64,000 bases of DNA from Octopus sinensis (lineage: Eukaryota), in the NCBI RefSeq assembly GCF_006345805.1, contig NW_021836138.1:124001-188000 (forward strand), read 5' to 3'. Position 1 is the first letter of the stretch; each line of letters opens with the position of its first letter. A program made the translations under genes and the position numbers. The notes beneath the pieces are model-generated. The model was given only the letters and a program-made list of their open reading frames with translations, made no database searches and had not been told where the DNA came from. Positions 26,541-40,805 of this stretch are shown one piece after another.

Positions 26541-27021
26541 GTTGGTTTTCACACTCAACCCAGTTCTTCAGAATCAGTGTCACGACAGGAACGCATGGGT
26601 TGGGAGTTTGACCGGCAGAGATGATCAGGTGGCACATGCCAGCCCTTTCGAAACCACCACCCCATCATCTAACCCTCCTTAGCCCATGGGTTTGGAGCCC
26701 TTCCGGCAAGGAAAATAAAAACGCCCAAAAGGGCTCCCGATCCTCTGTGTCAGAAGAGGTTATGTTCGGATCACAACTAAGCCTTAGCCTAAGACTAAGC
26801 TAACCTAGCGAAAGGGGGCTCGGGAGCCTCTAGAAGACAACAACTAATACCAATCTAGTCCTAACCCCTCCTAGGGATACTATCGGTCAAGGCTGCATCG
26901 AAGATATGCATAGGACAAGGTTGCCTCAGAGATCTGCAGCGAAGATCTGCTTTGGAGAAGGTTGCATCGCAGGTTTGCACGCTATTATACACACACACAC
27001 GTATATATATATATATTTATA

Positions 27022-27185
27022 TATAGTTAATCCAAACAAGAAAACACAAATAAACACAACAACGCGAGGACGTGGAACAAATATAGTATTATTGGACGCT
27101 CAGGAAAGAAGGAGGGTTTAACGTTTCGAGCGGAGCTCTTCGTCGGAAACATAGGTGAAGGAAAGATCCAGAGAAGGGAAGACAT
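27022..27185 (-). mobile_element. Solo Penelope-type terminal repeat between (TA)n tracts
   Basis: Homologous to 19830-19990; carries an intact hammerhead motif. Confidence 0.7.
27116..27150 (-). ncRNA. Minimal type-I hammerhead motif, U4C core
   Basis: gttt-ccgacga-a-gagc/tcc/gctc-gaaa-cg-TT-aaac; perfect 4-bp stem I, palindromic aacgtt stem III. Confidence 0.72.
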
Positions 27186-27308
27186 ATATATTGGCCTGCT
27201 CGCTTAGCCAGCGGGGTGGCGTCATTTGAAGGCTAAAACAATGCGAACGCATTGTGACCAGCGATGTGTAACCACATCTGATGGACTGGTCAGTCACGTG
27301 ATCACGTG

Positions 27309-27349
<41 letters not shown>

Positions 27350-27351
<2 letters not shown>

Positions 27352-27893
27352 ATAACGAACCATATAATTCACGCTCTGGAAAATTTTTTTCTGTAACATT
27401 TTGGGAGTGGGTAAAATTTCTGAGGCTTCCACCTCACCCCATCCTGATTTTTGACCCCCAGGTTTTGTAGCATATTAGGAGGTCACAGAAATTCATTCAA
27501 CGAAAAATAAATTTCCAGATGATTCCGGGAGGATTTCCCCCTTGCCCCACCCCCTTTTTCCGAACGAAAAAAGGGATTTGCAGCATATTAGGTCAGGGTA
27601 TTTTATTCCACGCAAAAAAATCTGATTTTTGTTTTGTTTATCTAAAATTTACCCTGTTTTTCTTTTTCGCCATTGATAGACGGGGGACTTAATTCTTGTT
27701 AGCAAAGTTAAGGATTTCACTGACGTGGAAATTGGTAAAAGTTATGGTTGAAAATCGATTTTTACCGCTATCCTTCGGGAAGATAAGTTGACAAAAACAC
27801 AGCTATGGTCGTGACCAACATCCTCCTAAAATTGGAGCGACATGCATGCAAATTTGTGGACGTGCATAAATTACATTCATGTACACACACACA

Positions 27894-27945
<52 letters not shown>

Positions 27946-28665
27946 CCTTTTATAGATGTAGATATAGTAGAAGATGTGACATTTATATTGTGTAATTCAC
28001 TAACAAATTGTTACCTACCTGCTTGTTTCTTTGTTGTTAAATAAATGGATTCTCCAGAAAACACTTTTTTCCTCGACGTAAAATAAAAACAAAACTATTT
28101 CGCGCCCAAAGTAATGTGTGTGAGATGGGGTGGAGAAAGATGAATAATGTAAAATAAATAATTAAGTGATTTAGAATAAATGTATTTTAATTGTTGTGTG
28201 AGCAAATATATGTAATCTGATTATAAAATATAGCGTCTTTTAAAAAATCCTATATTTGAAGACTCTATCCCGTGTTTAAGAAAAAATAACATTTTACATT
28301 TTTATTTTTGATGAGCGCTGTCATTTATTCTCTTTACCTCACACACACTTTCTCTTTACATTTTTTGTTAGACGCTGTCAAACTCGTTCTCCCCCCTCTC
28401 ACACACACACACACACACATTCACTTCGGTATGGCAAAAACGGGTCTTAACTTATGTTGGTAAACTTCACAATTGATAAACGTTATGGTTGAAAATCGAT
28501 TTTTACCGCTATCCGCGGGGGCCTCGGGGAAAATAAGTTGACAAAACCCATCTAGGATCATGACGAATGTCCTCCTAAAATTGGAGCGACATGCGTGCTA
28601 ATTTGTGGACATTCACGTACACACACACATATACACACACACACATCCTGCCTTTTATAGATATA
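27350..28665 (-). mobile_element. Two related Helitron/Helentron-like non-autonomous elements (about 27350-27968 and 28250-28665)
   Basis: Shared gttatggttgaaaatcgatttttaccgctatcc...cctcctaaaattggagcgacatgc, internal (CA)n, minus-strand 5' end atcta...tataaaag. Confidence 0.5.
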
Positions 28666-28782
28666 CAGATTTATGTATATTTGTCTGTTTATCTATCTAT
28701 CTATTTCTCTCTTTCTCTCTCTCTCTCTATGTGAGTGTGTGTAGAGAGAAAGAATGAAAGGTAGGTAGGTAGGTAGATAGAT

Positions 28783-28833
<51 letters not shown>

Positions 28834-29769
28834 GAGATGTTTGTAAATTTGGATGTATGTATATAACGCATATCACAGCATGAATAAATATAAAGCTAAA
28901 ATAAAAATATGAATGTTATATAGATCTTATTGTACGTGAAATAACAATATAAACACATTCTTTCGTGCTTTTGATGTGTGAAAAAATAAGAGAGTAGATT
29001 TTTGGCCAATCTTTTCATCGCTTGTTGACTAGTTCCCACAGAAAATATGTGCTAGGTTTACCTTCCTCGACCAATTTCATAGAAGATTTAGCTAGTATAT
29101 ACATGCCAGTTATAAATTAGCCTTGCAGTAGAACAGCTAACATAATATAAACAATTAAAAAAAACAGAAAGAAAACAAGAAAAGAAAAAGAATGTGAGGT
29201 TGTACACAAGAAATTTATTAATTTGACGCTCGGTGAAAGAAGAGAGTTGTAAAAGTTTCGAGCATAGGTCTTTGTCGGAAAAAGGAAAGTCTGGATAGAA
29301 ATAAGGTAAGAAAAGGATCTTTTGGGTGTTTTTGATAGCTCATAGTTTATGAAGCTCTATATATTTTATGTACAACACCAATATGATTTTGAAGAACATA
29401 TAAATATTTATACATTACAAATCTTCATTGGGTAAAATAATAATGTAAATATGTTATTTCAATAGAGTTGGTATGCAGGAAAAAGATGAGAAGCACTTTT
29501 AACGGATTGTTTTAGGGCGTTGATTGCTGCTCCTCCCAGTTAATATGCCTGATTTCCTTTCTCGTTTCCACAAATCAAAAGCGTAAAAGTAATTTGTACC
29601 TTTATATTTTTCCCTCACACACATACACCCACGTACATATGCATATGTGTGTGTGTGTGTGGTGTGGTGTGTGTGTGTGTGTATGTATGTATATATATAT
29701 ATATACTTGCACACATACATCACACACATACATATATACATATACATGTATATATATATAGAGAGAGAG

Positions 29770-29812
29770 AGAGTGACAGACAGACAGACAACAAATCGAT
29801 AGACAGACAGAC

Positions 29813-29881
<69 letters not shown>

Positions 29882-29895
29882 TAGAGAGAGATAGA
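29770..29895. repeat. (GACA)n/(GATA)n microsatellite
   Basis: Direct reading. Confidence 0.95.
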
Positions 29896-30387
29896 TAACT
29901 ACCTACGCATTGAATTACCATGTATGTGACTGAGCATTTTATAGGCAGCCGTACTTTTAATGTAATTCTGAGACAGAATCAGCCTTCACAGCGTAAAAAT
30001 GCAGGATATAAATTCAATATTATTTATTCACCAATGTTAATCTACCCAGTTTCCGTGGCAAGTTTTGGGTCAAATCAAAGCTATGGTAAAATATATTTCC
30101 TCAAATTACCACACTGGCATTGAATTGTGAAGCAATCTTCATAACTACTCCTCCATAACCGTATCCGGTTTTTAATCACTGCGTCATGCTATGTAGATGG
30201 CACAAACAAAATACACAAACATATACTGTGACGCGCATACTGTGAGAATTTCACGTTACAGATTTTCAGTCACAAGAGGAACTGCAACGCGAAACTCCGA
30301 GTAGTAACTCACGTTTTGACATTCATTAGTTTCTCCTGGTTCATTGCGTTTCCCATCCGTGGGATGCCTTAAAACTATCATGTGTGT

Positions 30388-30645
<258 letters not shown>

Positions 30646-30646
30646 A

Positions 30647-30736
30647 GGATCTTTTCTTTTTGAAAGCCAGATTTTCCTAGTTAACTAAACAATTTGAAAC
30701 TTCGTATAAAATCTGACTTTCAAAAAGAAAAGATCC
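30647..30736. mobile_element. 90-bp hairpin MITE-like element (29-bp arms)
   Basis: ggatcttttctttttgaaagccagatttt / aaaatctgactttcaaaaagaaaagatcc, one mismatch. Confidence 0.6.
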
Positions 30737-30858
30737 GCCTAATATTTATTCTATCGGTCTTTTTTGCCGAACCACCAAGTTACGGAGACGTAACACACCA
30801 GCATCGTTTGTCAGGCGATATTTGGGGAACAAACACAGACACACACACACACACACAC

Positions 30859-30889
<31 letters not shown>

Positions 30890-31637
30890 GAAAAAACAAG
30901 TCAAAATAGAAAATGCTAAAATAATTTTATAAAGAACATTTCAGTACCGGTTTCGGTCATTTTGAGACCTTTCAACTGTAACGATTAAATAATTAAATTT
31001 AGAAAAATTAAAAGAAAAGTTTTTTTAAAGGAATATTGTATAGTGTTCAAATATAAGTGGCATTCTGCCTTTCTCTGTCTCCCTTGTTTGCACTTGTGTG
31101 TTCGAGGCCGTTGTGAATTCTTGGTAGGGTAGAAGAAGAAGAAGGTTGATGAGGAGAGGGGGTGGGAAAATTTGGGAGTGCCTTGATGGTCGTATTTTGA
31201 ATGGTTAGTGACGGCTAGCAGTTGCAGTTCAATTCAGGAGAATATTTCTATTGAAAGGTTTGTTTATGGAATTTGCGTAGGTGTTATACTAAAAAGCATT
31301 AGTGATAAAGTTAAGAGGTAGAAGGTGGAGAAGCAGAAGAAGAAGAAGAAGATGACGATGTTGATGATGATGATGATGAAGAAGAAGAAGAAGAAGAAGG
31401 AGAAGGAGAAGAAGAAGATGATGATGATGGTGATGATGATGATAATGATGATGAAGAAGAAGAGGAAGAAGAAGAAAAAAGAGAAGGGAGAATATGAATG
31501 GGTGAAAGTAGTGAGGTGTTGTATGACTTGAAGTTGGCACGTTATGGATTATAGCTGTGATTGGGGCTGATTTGTAATGGATTCTTTGGAATGTAATATT
31601 TGTGTGTGTATTTCTTTTATTCTAAAGTTGAGGTATA

Positions 31638-32165
31638 TTAATCGTTTGTTGTAGACCCGTTAGGAAGTGGCCTGTATTTTGTAATAAAGAGAGTTTCTTT
31701 ACTTATTCGTTGTCTCGAGGTTGTATCGTCCCTAAATTGGTAGAGGGGGAAAATCCTGAAGCCTGGTGTTTTGTTGTTGGCGCAAGTATCTATGTATTGG
31801 TTGAAAGCTATTTTTCTGTTTTGGGGAATTTTTATCTGGGATCTGTGCAGGGCCATTCTTTTACGCAAACTACTTTTTGTTTGGCCTATGTACTGCTCTT
31901 GACACCCGGAGCAGGTTAGTGAGTATATTAGGTTCTCCGAAGCACATGTGAAGTTGCTTTTCACTGTAAACCGTTGTCCCTGTTTGAAGGAGAACTCTGA
32001 TCCATCAATTAGATAATCGCATATCCCGCAATTGGGTCTTCCACATTTTTTTACTGTCGGCTTCTGTGTTGAAGAGTGTATTCGGGCTTGTGTTAGGAGA
32101 TTTTTCATAGATTTAGGCTGTCTCTTGCTTTTTATGATCGTGTGTGTTTGGAGGAGTGTGTTCAT
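31638..32165 (-). pseudogene. Penelope GIY-YIG endonuclease domain
   Basis: KCGRPNCGICDYL...FTCASENLIYSLTCSGCQEQYIGQTKSSLRKRMALHRSQI...RISKETLFITKYRP; separated from RT by a +1 slip in the A-run at 32175-32182. Confidence 0.92.
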
Positions 32166-32848
32166 TCTGTGGTCTTTTTTTTAGGAGGGGTATGTTGTGG
32201 ACGATGGTGCCAAAGGCTTCATTATTGAGAGGGTTGTGCGTGGAGATGTATGGTAAGGCTTTTGGTCGTAAGTTTTTCTTTGATTTGGGATGTCTCAGTT
32301 CCTTGATGTTAAGTTGAAGGGCACGTTGAATGCACATGTCAATAAGTGAAGGTGGGTAGTTCTTGGTGATAAGGGTATTTTTTAGTTCTTGTAGTCGTGT
32401 GTCTCTGGTGTTTGCATTAGAAACTATAGTGCATATCCTTTTTGCTAGATTGAAGGGGATATTCATCCTGGTGTGTCTGGGGTGGCATGAATTGAATGGA
32501 AGATATTGCTTAGAATCTGTAGGCTTATAATATATGTCTGTTTCTATTACATTATTAGCTTTCTTAATGAGGATATCGAGGAAGGGGAGTTGTTGCTGGC
32601 TATATTCCATCGTGAATTGGATGTTTACGTCCAGTCCGTTTAAAATTTCTTGGAATTCTATGAGTTTTTCTATATTTTTATGCCAAAGAATGAAACAGTC
32701 ATCTAGATATCTCTTCCAGTTGTTTTCTATGTAGATGGAGAAAGGGCTGCCATATCTTTCTAGAACCTTACGATACAGACTGATCTCTAGATATCCTATG
32801 ACTAGGTTGGCAAAGGAGGGGCCATTCGTGTACTCATCGCAGTCCCCG
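32113..32848 (-). pseudogene. Penelope reverse transcriptase (C-terminal half)
   Basis: GTAMSTRM/APSFANLVIGYLE (1-bp deletion near 32820), WKRYLDDCF, LPFLDILI, TDIYYKPTDSKQYLPFNSCHP, IPFNLAKRICTIVS. Confidence 0.93.
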
Positions 32849-33150
32849 ATAACACCTACGCAAATTCCATAAACAAACCTTTCAATAGAAATATTCTCCT
32901 GAATTGAACTGCAACTGCTAGCCGTCACTGACCATTCAAAATACGACCATCAAGGCAATCCCAAATTTTTCCACCCCCTCTCCTCATCAACCTTCTTCTT
33001 CTACCCTACCAAGAATTCACAACGGCCTCGAACACACAAGTGCAAACAAGGGAGACAGAGAAAGGCAGAATGCCACTTATATTTGAACACTATACAAATA
33101 TTCCTTTAAAAAAACTTTTCTTTTAATTTTTCTAAATTTAATTATTTAAT

Positions 33151-33198
33151 CGTTACAGTTGAAAAGGTCTCAAAATGACCGAAACCGGTACTGAAATG
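33151..33198 (+). ncRNA. Minimal type-I hammerhead motif, U3-A8 core
   Basis: cgttacag-ttgaaaa-ggtc/tcaaaat/gacc-gaaa-ccgg-TA-ctgaaatg; the sense copy at 30942-30978 (minus) lacks one core A. Confidence 0.7.
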
Positions 33199-33294
33199 TT
33201 CTTTATAAAATTATTTTAGCATTTTCTATTTTGACTTGTTTTTTCATATATATCAACTCGTGTGTTCCTTTTCACCCATATATATATATATATA

Positions 33295-33470
33295 TATACA
33301 TATATACGACGGGCTTCTTTCAGTTTCCGTCTACCAAATCCACTCACAAAGCCTTGGTCGGCCCGAGGCTATAGTAGAAGACACTTGCCCAAGGTGCCAA
33401 GCAGTGGGACTGAACCCGGAACTATGGGGTTCGTAAGCTAGCTACTTACCACACAGCTACTCCTATGCCT
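33295..33470 (-). mobile_element. SINE family A, 5' half
   Basis: Near-consensus head and core. Confidence 0.88.
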
Positions 33471-33659
33471 ATATATTCATATATACACACATACATAATT
33501 TTATTACAATGTTACTATTATTCACGTTACAGATTTTCAGTCACAAGAGGAACTGGAACGCGAAACTCCGAGTAGCAACTCACTTTTGATATTTATTAGT
33601 TTCTCCCTGTTCATTGTGTTTCCCATCTGTGGACGCCTCAAGACCATCATATGCGTGTG

Positions 33660-33660
33660 T

Positions 33661-33691
<31 letters not shown>

Positions 33692-33750
33692 TTATATATA
33701 GATAGATAGATAGATAGATGGATAGATAGATAGATAGATAGATAGATAAG

Positions 33751-33815
<65 letters not shown>

Positions 33816-33862
33816 TATAAGTAGATAGATAGATAGATATATATATAGATAGATAGATAGAT
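33660..33862. repeat. (GATA)n microsatellite
   Basis: Direct reading. Confidence 0.95.
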
Positions 33863-33865
33863 ATT

Positions 33866-34330
33866 GACATAAAAGGCAGATTTTATCTGCCTCCCTTTGG
33901 GAGTTATACAATCTACAATATAGGATTTCTTCAATTACAATTTACCTAGCATTTTTAAGAGTACAATGCATCGCGTCATGCCAGGTCCAGTTTTTAAAAT
34001 TTAAACTCCAATTAAGCAAAATTTACAGAAAACTCACATTCTGGTGTGTGTGTCAAATGCTTTTCTTAGTCTGGTTTACAGCACACGCAAACGCACACAC
34101 ACAGTGTGCAATGAATAAACTGAAACTAATTCACTGTGTGTTGACAGGTAGAAAATAGAATGCGATGGCGATGGCTATGGCGATGGCGATGGCTATGGCG
34201 ATGGCGATGGCTATGGCAATGGCTATGGCGATGGCTATGGCGATGGCGATGGCTATAGCGATGGCGATGTAATATTTGTTTCTCTCTATGACGCTCATAA
34301 AAGCATTGATGTACATGTGTGCGTGCGTGA
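33866..34330 (+). mobile_element. Probable Helitron/DINE-like non-autonomous element with internal (GCGATG/GCTATG)n hexamer tract at 34162-34269
   Basis: Starts ataaaaggcagattttatctgcctccc; the hexamer tract gives the AIAIAI ORF. Confidence 0.4.
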
Positions 34331-34670
34331 GTGTGTGTGTGTCATTCCTCACACACACGCATACACATACTATATGAGAGTGGCAAACACAACGTTTCAA
34401 ACAACTACATACAAACACGTGTGTGTTTGTTATTAGTAAAAAAAGGCGCCAAAACACAACTCACTTATCATTCCAACACATTTGCAAAGACCACGGACGG
34501 TCGAATAACAATACAGAAAAGGTAAATTGGTTTTTATTTTACTCTGTATATTTTTATTATATAATATTATATATAGATATATGTATATATAATTGCAGTA
34601 TGAAACAGTGTTTATGTATAAACAGACGACACTTATATATAGTTATTAATAAATGTATGCATCCGTTTAA

Positions 34671-35487
34671 CCTTTCGTTACCAAACCGCCCGAAAAAATT
34701 TTGGTTAATGTGACCAAGCCGCCCGAATTTACCTATTCATATTTAAATGAGAATATCAGAGTAAATCTCTTTAGAACATTCGTGAAAACACGCATTATAC
34801 TTCATAAACAGTTCAACTACAGTTTTGTACAAAAATCGAAGTGTAATTTTAATTCCGTGAATTATGGGAGATTTTTTTTCCGAAATTTGTTCCTGAAAAA
34901 AAATTTGTAATCTTACAAAAAATGGATACGAATTTCATTATATCAAGCAGCGAGTCAGAATTCGAAGGATTTTCTACTGAAGACCTTCATAAATCTAACT
35001 CTATGACTGAAAAAAAAAAGCATGTGGTATTTGATCTCAACCTAAACAAAGCGAAAGAAACGATAGTTTGTTATTTCCCACAACCTTAAATGAAATTAAG
35101 GCCTATTTTTGCCATAAATATTATTATGGGTATTAGAAAGTTACCCAGAATAACAAATTCTATCGTAAAATTTTGTTGTATACCCAATTGAATATTAGCT
35201 AATAACCCATTTTCTATAGCGATGTTTGAACAAAATTTTAATAATTTTATATATTGTTGAATTTACCTGTATCTACCTGCAATTAGAGTCACTTTGTGAC
35301 AAAAATTATAGTATAGAATTGGTTGAGAACATTTCACTAAATTATCTTCTTCAAAAATCAGATTAATGTATTCATAAATAAAAAAGTTATAGTTGTTTAA
35401 TGAAACCAGACTAAATTTATGATTACGTTAGAAATTAATTGAAACACATAAGGGGTGTATTTTGGTCAGAAATATAGTAACGAAAGG
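34671..35487. mobile_element. piggyBac-like MITE
   Basis: TTAA/cctttcgttac ... gtaacgaaaggg/TTAA: short TIRs with TTAA duplication and non-coding interior. Confidence 0.8.
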
Positions 35488-35600
35488 GTTAAGAAAAACC
35501 AAAAAATATTTTATTCTTTGTAAATGTCGTGTTCAAAATAACATTTTCTTTTAAGAATGTGTATATAACAAAGTATGTGTATATAACTACGTGGCTTATA

Positions 35601-35993
35601 TCTTATATATAAGAGTGAAGTTGTGTGTCTGTCTCCTACGATTTAGATTCGTAACTACTCCCACATTTTGCGGTGTAGTTTAACCAAAAGCGGGTATCTT
35701 ATAGTCGTGATTCATATCGAGCCCTTCTGGGTATTAGCGCGCGTCTACGATGAGTCTACGATTTAAAAAAATTTACCATCATATTTTTCCATTTTAATGC
35801 ATATTTTTCGTTATTATATAAGGGAAGTAACTCTCTAAAAATATCTACGATGTGTCAACGATTTAAAAAAAAATTACCTTAATTTTTTTTCCATTTTAAT
35901 GCATTTTTTTGCTATTTTTTGGCTATAACTCTCTAAAAATGCTTATATAGTTATTTCCCTTACAAACCCGAGCAACGCCCGGCGATACTGCTA

Positions 35994-35994
<1 letters not shown>
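35601..35994 (+). mobile_element. Non-autonomous Helitron
   Basis: 5' TC, 3' cccgagcaacgcccgg...CTAG, inserted between A and T; internal duplicated block. Confidence 0.85.
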
Positions 35995-36053
<59 letters not shown>

Positions 36054-36413
36054 CACACATATATAATTTTATTACAACGTTACTATTATTATTACTTGAG
36101 TTATCATGTTTCTAATAAGAGCATCTTCCTTTATTTCATCTCTGCTGTTTTTACCCACCACCTATATTCACCAACATCATCATCATCAACCGCGATACTT
36201 CACCTTAATCTCATCACGGTCTTGGTTATTATTACTATTATCAACCATGTCAATACTATTACAGTACTTATTGATGAAAGAAAAAATCAACAAACTCCTG
36301 CCAGGAACAAACATATGAGACGTTGGAAAGTAACACATAATAATGTAATATATTTTGTAGATTAGATCTTATATTAAACAGAACAAATGGCAAACAACTG
36401 CTTGTATTCATCA

Positions 36414-36975
<562 letters not shown>

Positions 36976-37225
36976 TATACACACAAACATATATGTATAT
37001 ATATGCGTGTGTGTGCGTGCGTGCGTTTGTGCGTGGGTGTATCCATATATTACTAGGCGTAAGTTTATGTGTGTGTATATGTAGACGCAGACGTTGCTGT
37101 AATGTTTAAGAAATTTGCTTCTCAAGCACATGGCTGCACAATAGAAGAAACTTGTCTTCTACAATAGCCTCAGTCCTATCAAAGGCTTGTGAGTGGCTTT
37201 GGCTGACAAAAGCTGAAAGATGCCC

Positions 37226-37735
<510 letters not shown>

Positions 37736-37769
37736 GTATATAATATGTGTGTGTAATTGTAGGTGTGTG

Positions 37770-38030
37770 TGCGACTGAGTATTTTTGTCTCCTTTGATAT
37801 TGCATGATTGTGATAAATGAAGGTCACTGACATACGAACAGTGTCATTCGTATTCGATATTCTGCCAAATCTTGTCAGACTATGGGTTGATATTACCTTA
37901 CAGTGAAATAGGCATGGTTTGGAGGCAGGAAGGGAATTCGGCAGTGGAAAATTTGTTCTAATAAAACATATCTCACCGATGCAAGCATGGGAAAAGTGAA
38001 TGTTGAGTCACTGATGATGTTAACGATGAA
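37770..38030 (+). mobile_element. Old RTE-tail SINE 3' part
   Basis: ggtttggaggcaggaagggaattcggc...gatgcaagcatgggaaaagtgaatgttg...tgatgatg. Confidence 0.55.
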
Positions 38031-38184
38031 TTATGCTTGCATACATACACGTGAGTGCGTTCGAGCGTGCGCGAGCTGTGAGTGTGTGTATGTGTGTGTG
38101 TGTATTTAGTTTCTAATTATTTAAATTCTTCCTCTGAAGAAAGTGCAGGTTTCTGATAAGATCCAAAGCTCCATCGTCGGAATT

Positions 38185-39280
38185 TAGAAAACATCGTCAC
38201 ATTCTAAAAAGTTGCATATTTTCTCTTTCCACTCACAGATTGTATTTGTAATGTGTGAGTTAGTTCATTTCTTTTTCTGAAAATCCAAGCTTATCCAGAC
38301 TGTCACTTAGGCATCTACTCACAAATCTAAGTGTGCACCAATTATTATTGGTGTAAATGTGAATTTGTATTCTAGATATAAAAGCTGGAGGTTTCGAAAC
38401 AGTTGTCCATAGTTATACTCTTTCTCTTTGATTTTCAGAGATATTCACAACAGGCTGACCTCTATGACGATACATACCTTTTCCTGTTTCGCAATATCCG
38501 GTCTGTTATTTTTACCCTTGACTGATGTTTTCATAGGAATGTTCCTCGCGCATTCCTTATGTAGTTGTTTGTGTACGTAGTCAATAACAGAAGGATACGC
38601 TATATTCATTCCAGGACAGTATTATTTTTTTTCGGACGGCATTGCATATAGTTTTTGCAACAATGTCGTGTCACATAGAGAGGTCGTATCTTAATGATAT
38701 TTTGGGGCAGATGCTAATCACATGTGTGATGTCTTCCACAGAAATATGATATAATCTACATTTTCGGTTACATCTTGCAACTTCAAGGGTTTCACTATGT
38801 ATATCGGGTATTTAGTAGCAGTCTCCTCTCCTTATATTGCAAATGTATAGCCTTCAAAGTGCTTGGAATCTTGGCCAGTTGATGGCAATAGTTTCTTCAC
38901 TGACTTTGAAGGTTAGGGGATTGCAGGGAGTTTATCCTTCTCACCATTGCAACACAGTGCAGATGTCTCTCTAGGCTACTTCCTTGCTTTACAATGTATG
39001 CACTCAGTTGTGACTGTACCAATGGAAACTCTAGTGTCATCTGCATAATGAACTGTTGGATCGTAATCGAGAGCTGTTTCATGGAAGTTGCTTCTCTGAG
39101 CTGTTGCAACTGTTCTTCGTTCTGCAGTGGAGATCCTATTCCTTGTCAGACGTGCATACCTCTGTTCATCACTTTAAGATGCTCTAGCTTTTGGAGTGCA
39201 CAGTCTGTTCGTTTCTTGGTATGCTTCCATTTCTCCAGTTGTCTCTCTTTCACTGGACAGAGACATTCTTTTGGCTGACC
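38185..39280 (-). mobile_element. Decayed RLE-type LINE (R2/R4 group) 3' fragment
   Basis: RKCRLYHISVEDITHVISICPKISLRYDLSM*HDIVAK (degenerate CCHC knuckle), NNRPDI...IEV, YGQLFRNLQLLY..YKF. Confidence 0.78.
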
Positions 39281-39984
39281 TTTATACTGTAGACAAATTT
39301 GTCATTTTCCTTCTAGGTGTAGTTATATACATATACGGAAATACACAGGTGCAGAAGATAGTAAACAATGAAAATAACCAGGTAACGGAAATTTTATTTC
39401 TTAATACGACGGGCAGAATGTAAATATGAAATTTTTACGGAAAATAAAGAATTGTACGGGTTGAAGCGAAATTAGTCAATTAGTGAACCAAAGAGCCAGT
39501 ATTGAAGGAATCTGAAAAAAGCCGTTAACAACAGAAAAACACAAAATCGCTGCAAAAGTAAAATTTTAGGGAAATTAACTAAGTTTACGGATTGAAGTAA
39601 AATTTATGAAGTTACTTCTATCAGTAAATTATGAACTTAATTTTAGTAGTAATTCCATTAACAACAAAAGTGTACAGAATGAAGGGAAATTTTTGAAGTT
39701 ATTTCTGTCCGTAATTTATGTATGAAATAACTTTCATCAGTAATTGTGAACTTCTTTCTGTCAGTAGTTTGTAGTTGTTGTTTGTAAACAGCGATTGAAA
39801 ACTTACAGTGAAAACAATAGCGATTGAACTTAAAGTGAAAACAATAGCATCTGAAAAATGAAAATGAAAACACTAGAGCGTGAGTGAAATATATATATAT
39901 ACAGAGAGAGAGAAAGAGAGCTAGCTAGTTAGAAAAATAAGATAGACATAGGTAGATATGATATGATATAGACAGATAGATACA

Positions 39985-39986
39985 GG

Positions 39987-40074
<88 letters not shown>

Positions 40075-40095
40075 GAGATAGATAGATAGAGAGAT
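39985..40095. repeat. (GATA)n microsatellite
   Basis: Direct reading. Confidence 0.95.
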
Positions 40096-40536
40096 ATAGA
40101 GTGCTAGAGATAGAAAGAAATGGTTAGTGAGATATAAATAGAGCGATATAGACATCACTGACGCTAGAAAACTGGAAGTAAATATTTAAAAAACTTTCAA
40201 TGACGTGAATCTAATATGAAAAGAATATTTTTGCTTTTTTATGACCAATGGATGTAAGGGAGACAATCAACTTCTGAAAGTTACTTCGCACAGTTACCTC
40301 CCTTTTCCACATAACCCAGGGACGGGGTTGTTCTTCCCCCAGGGGGCCTGATAGCATTATGTGAAAACTTTTAAATGTCTAAAACCATCGCTGGAACATA
40401 AGTAATGTATGTTCCCAGTTTGGAGAAAATAAGATGATAAATCCAGCCGTTATAATATTTTACACACACATACACAGGACGGGATTTATATTATATTCTG
40501 TTATATTATATTATATTATATTATATTATATTATAT

Positions 40537-40585
<49 letters not shown>

Positions 40586-40773
40586 AGTGGATAAATGAAT
40601 TATCTTATTACGGATAATTCGAAAGATAACCGATACCTGGGTAGCAAACTCACAACAGAAAGAGCACGGTTGAAGTTACGACCATAGGGCATATACTCCG
40701 TGCCTTAGTGCGGAAATTTGAAGTTTAATTTAATATAATAAGTATAGGAAAGAATGGAGCTGACTTATTATAT

Positions 40774-40805
<32 letters not shown>

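Larger units (their letters stand above)
30890..33245 (-). mobile_element. 5'-truncated Penelope-like retroelement with inverted terminal repeats
   Basis: RT and GIY-YIG on minus strand; 30890-31287 and 32849-33245 are reverse complements with about six differences; both ends abut (TA)n. Confidence 0.93.

Noticed and set aside
26600-26660. Resemblance to 28S rRNA (gggagtttgac)
   Set aside because: Only about 11 nt match; flanks do not follow rRNA
39036-39047. YADD on the minus strand as an RT active site
   Set aside because: Lies downstream of where RT should be in this RLE LINE and lacks surrounding RT motifs; probably fortuitous
39690-39745. ctgatga plus 10-bp stem on the minus strand
   Set aside because: GAAA replaced by CAAA and no stem I/III closure
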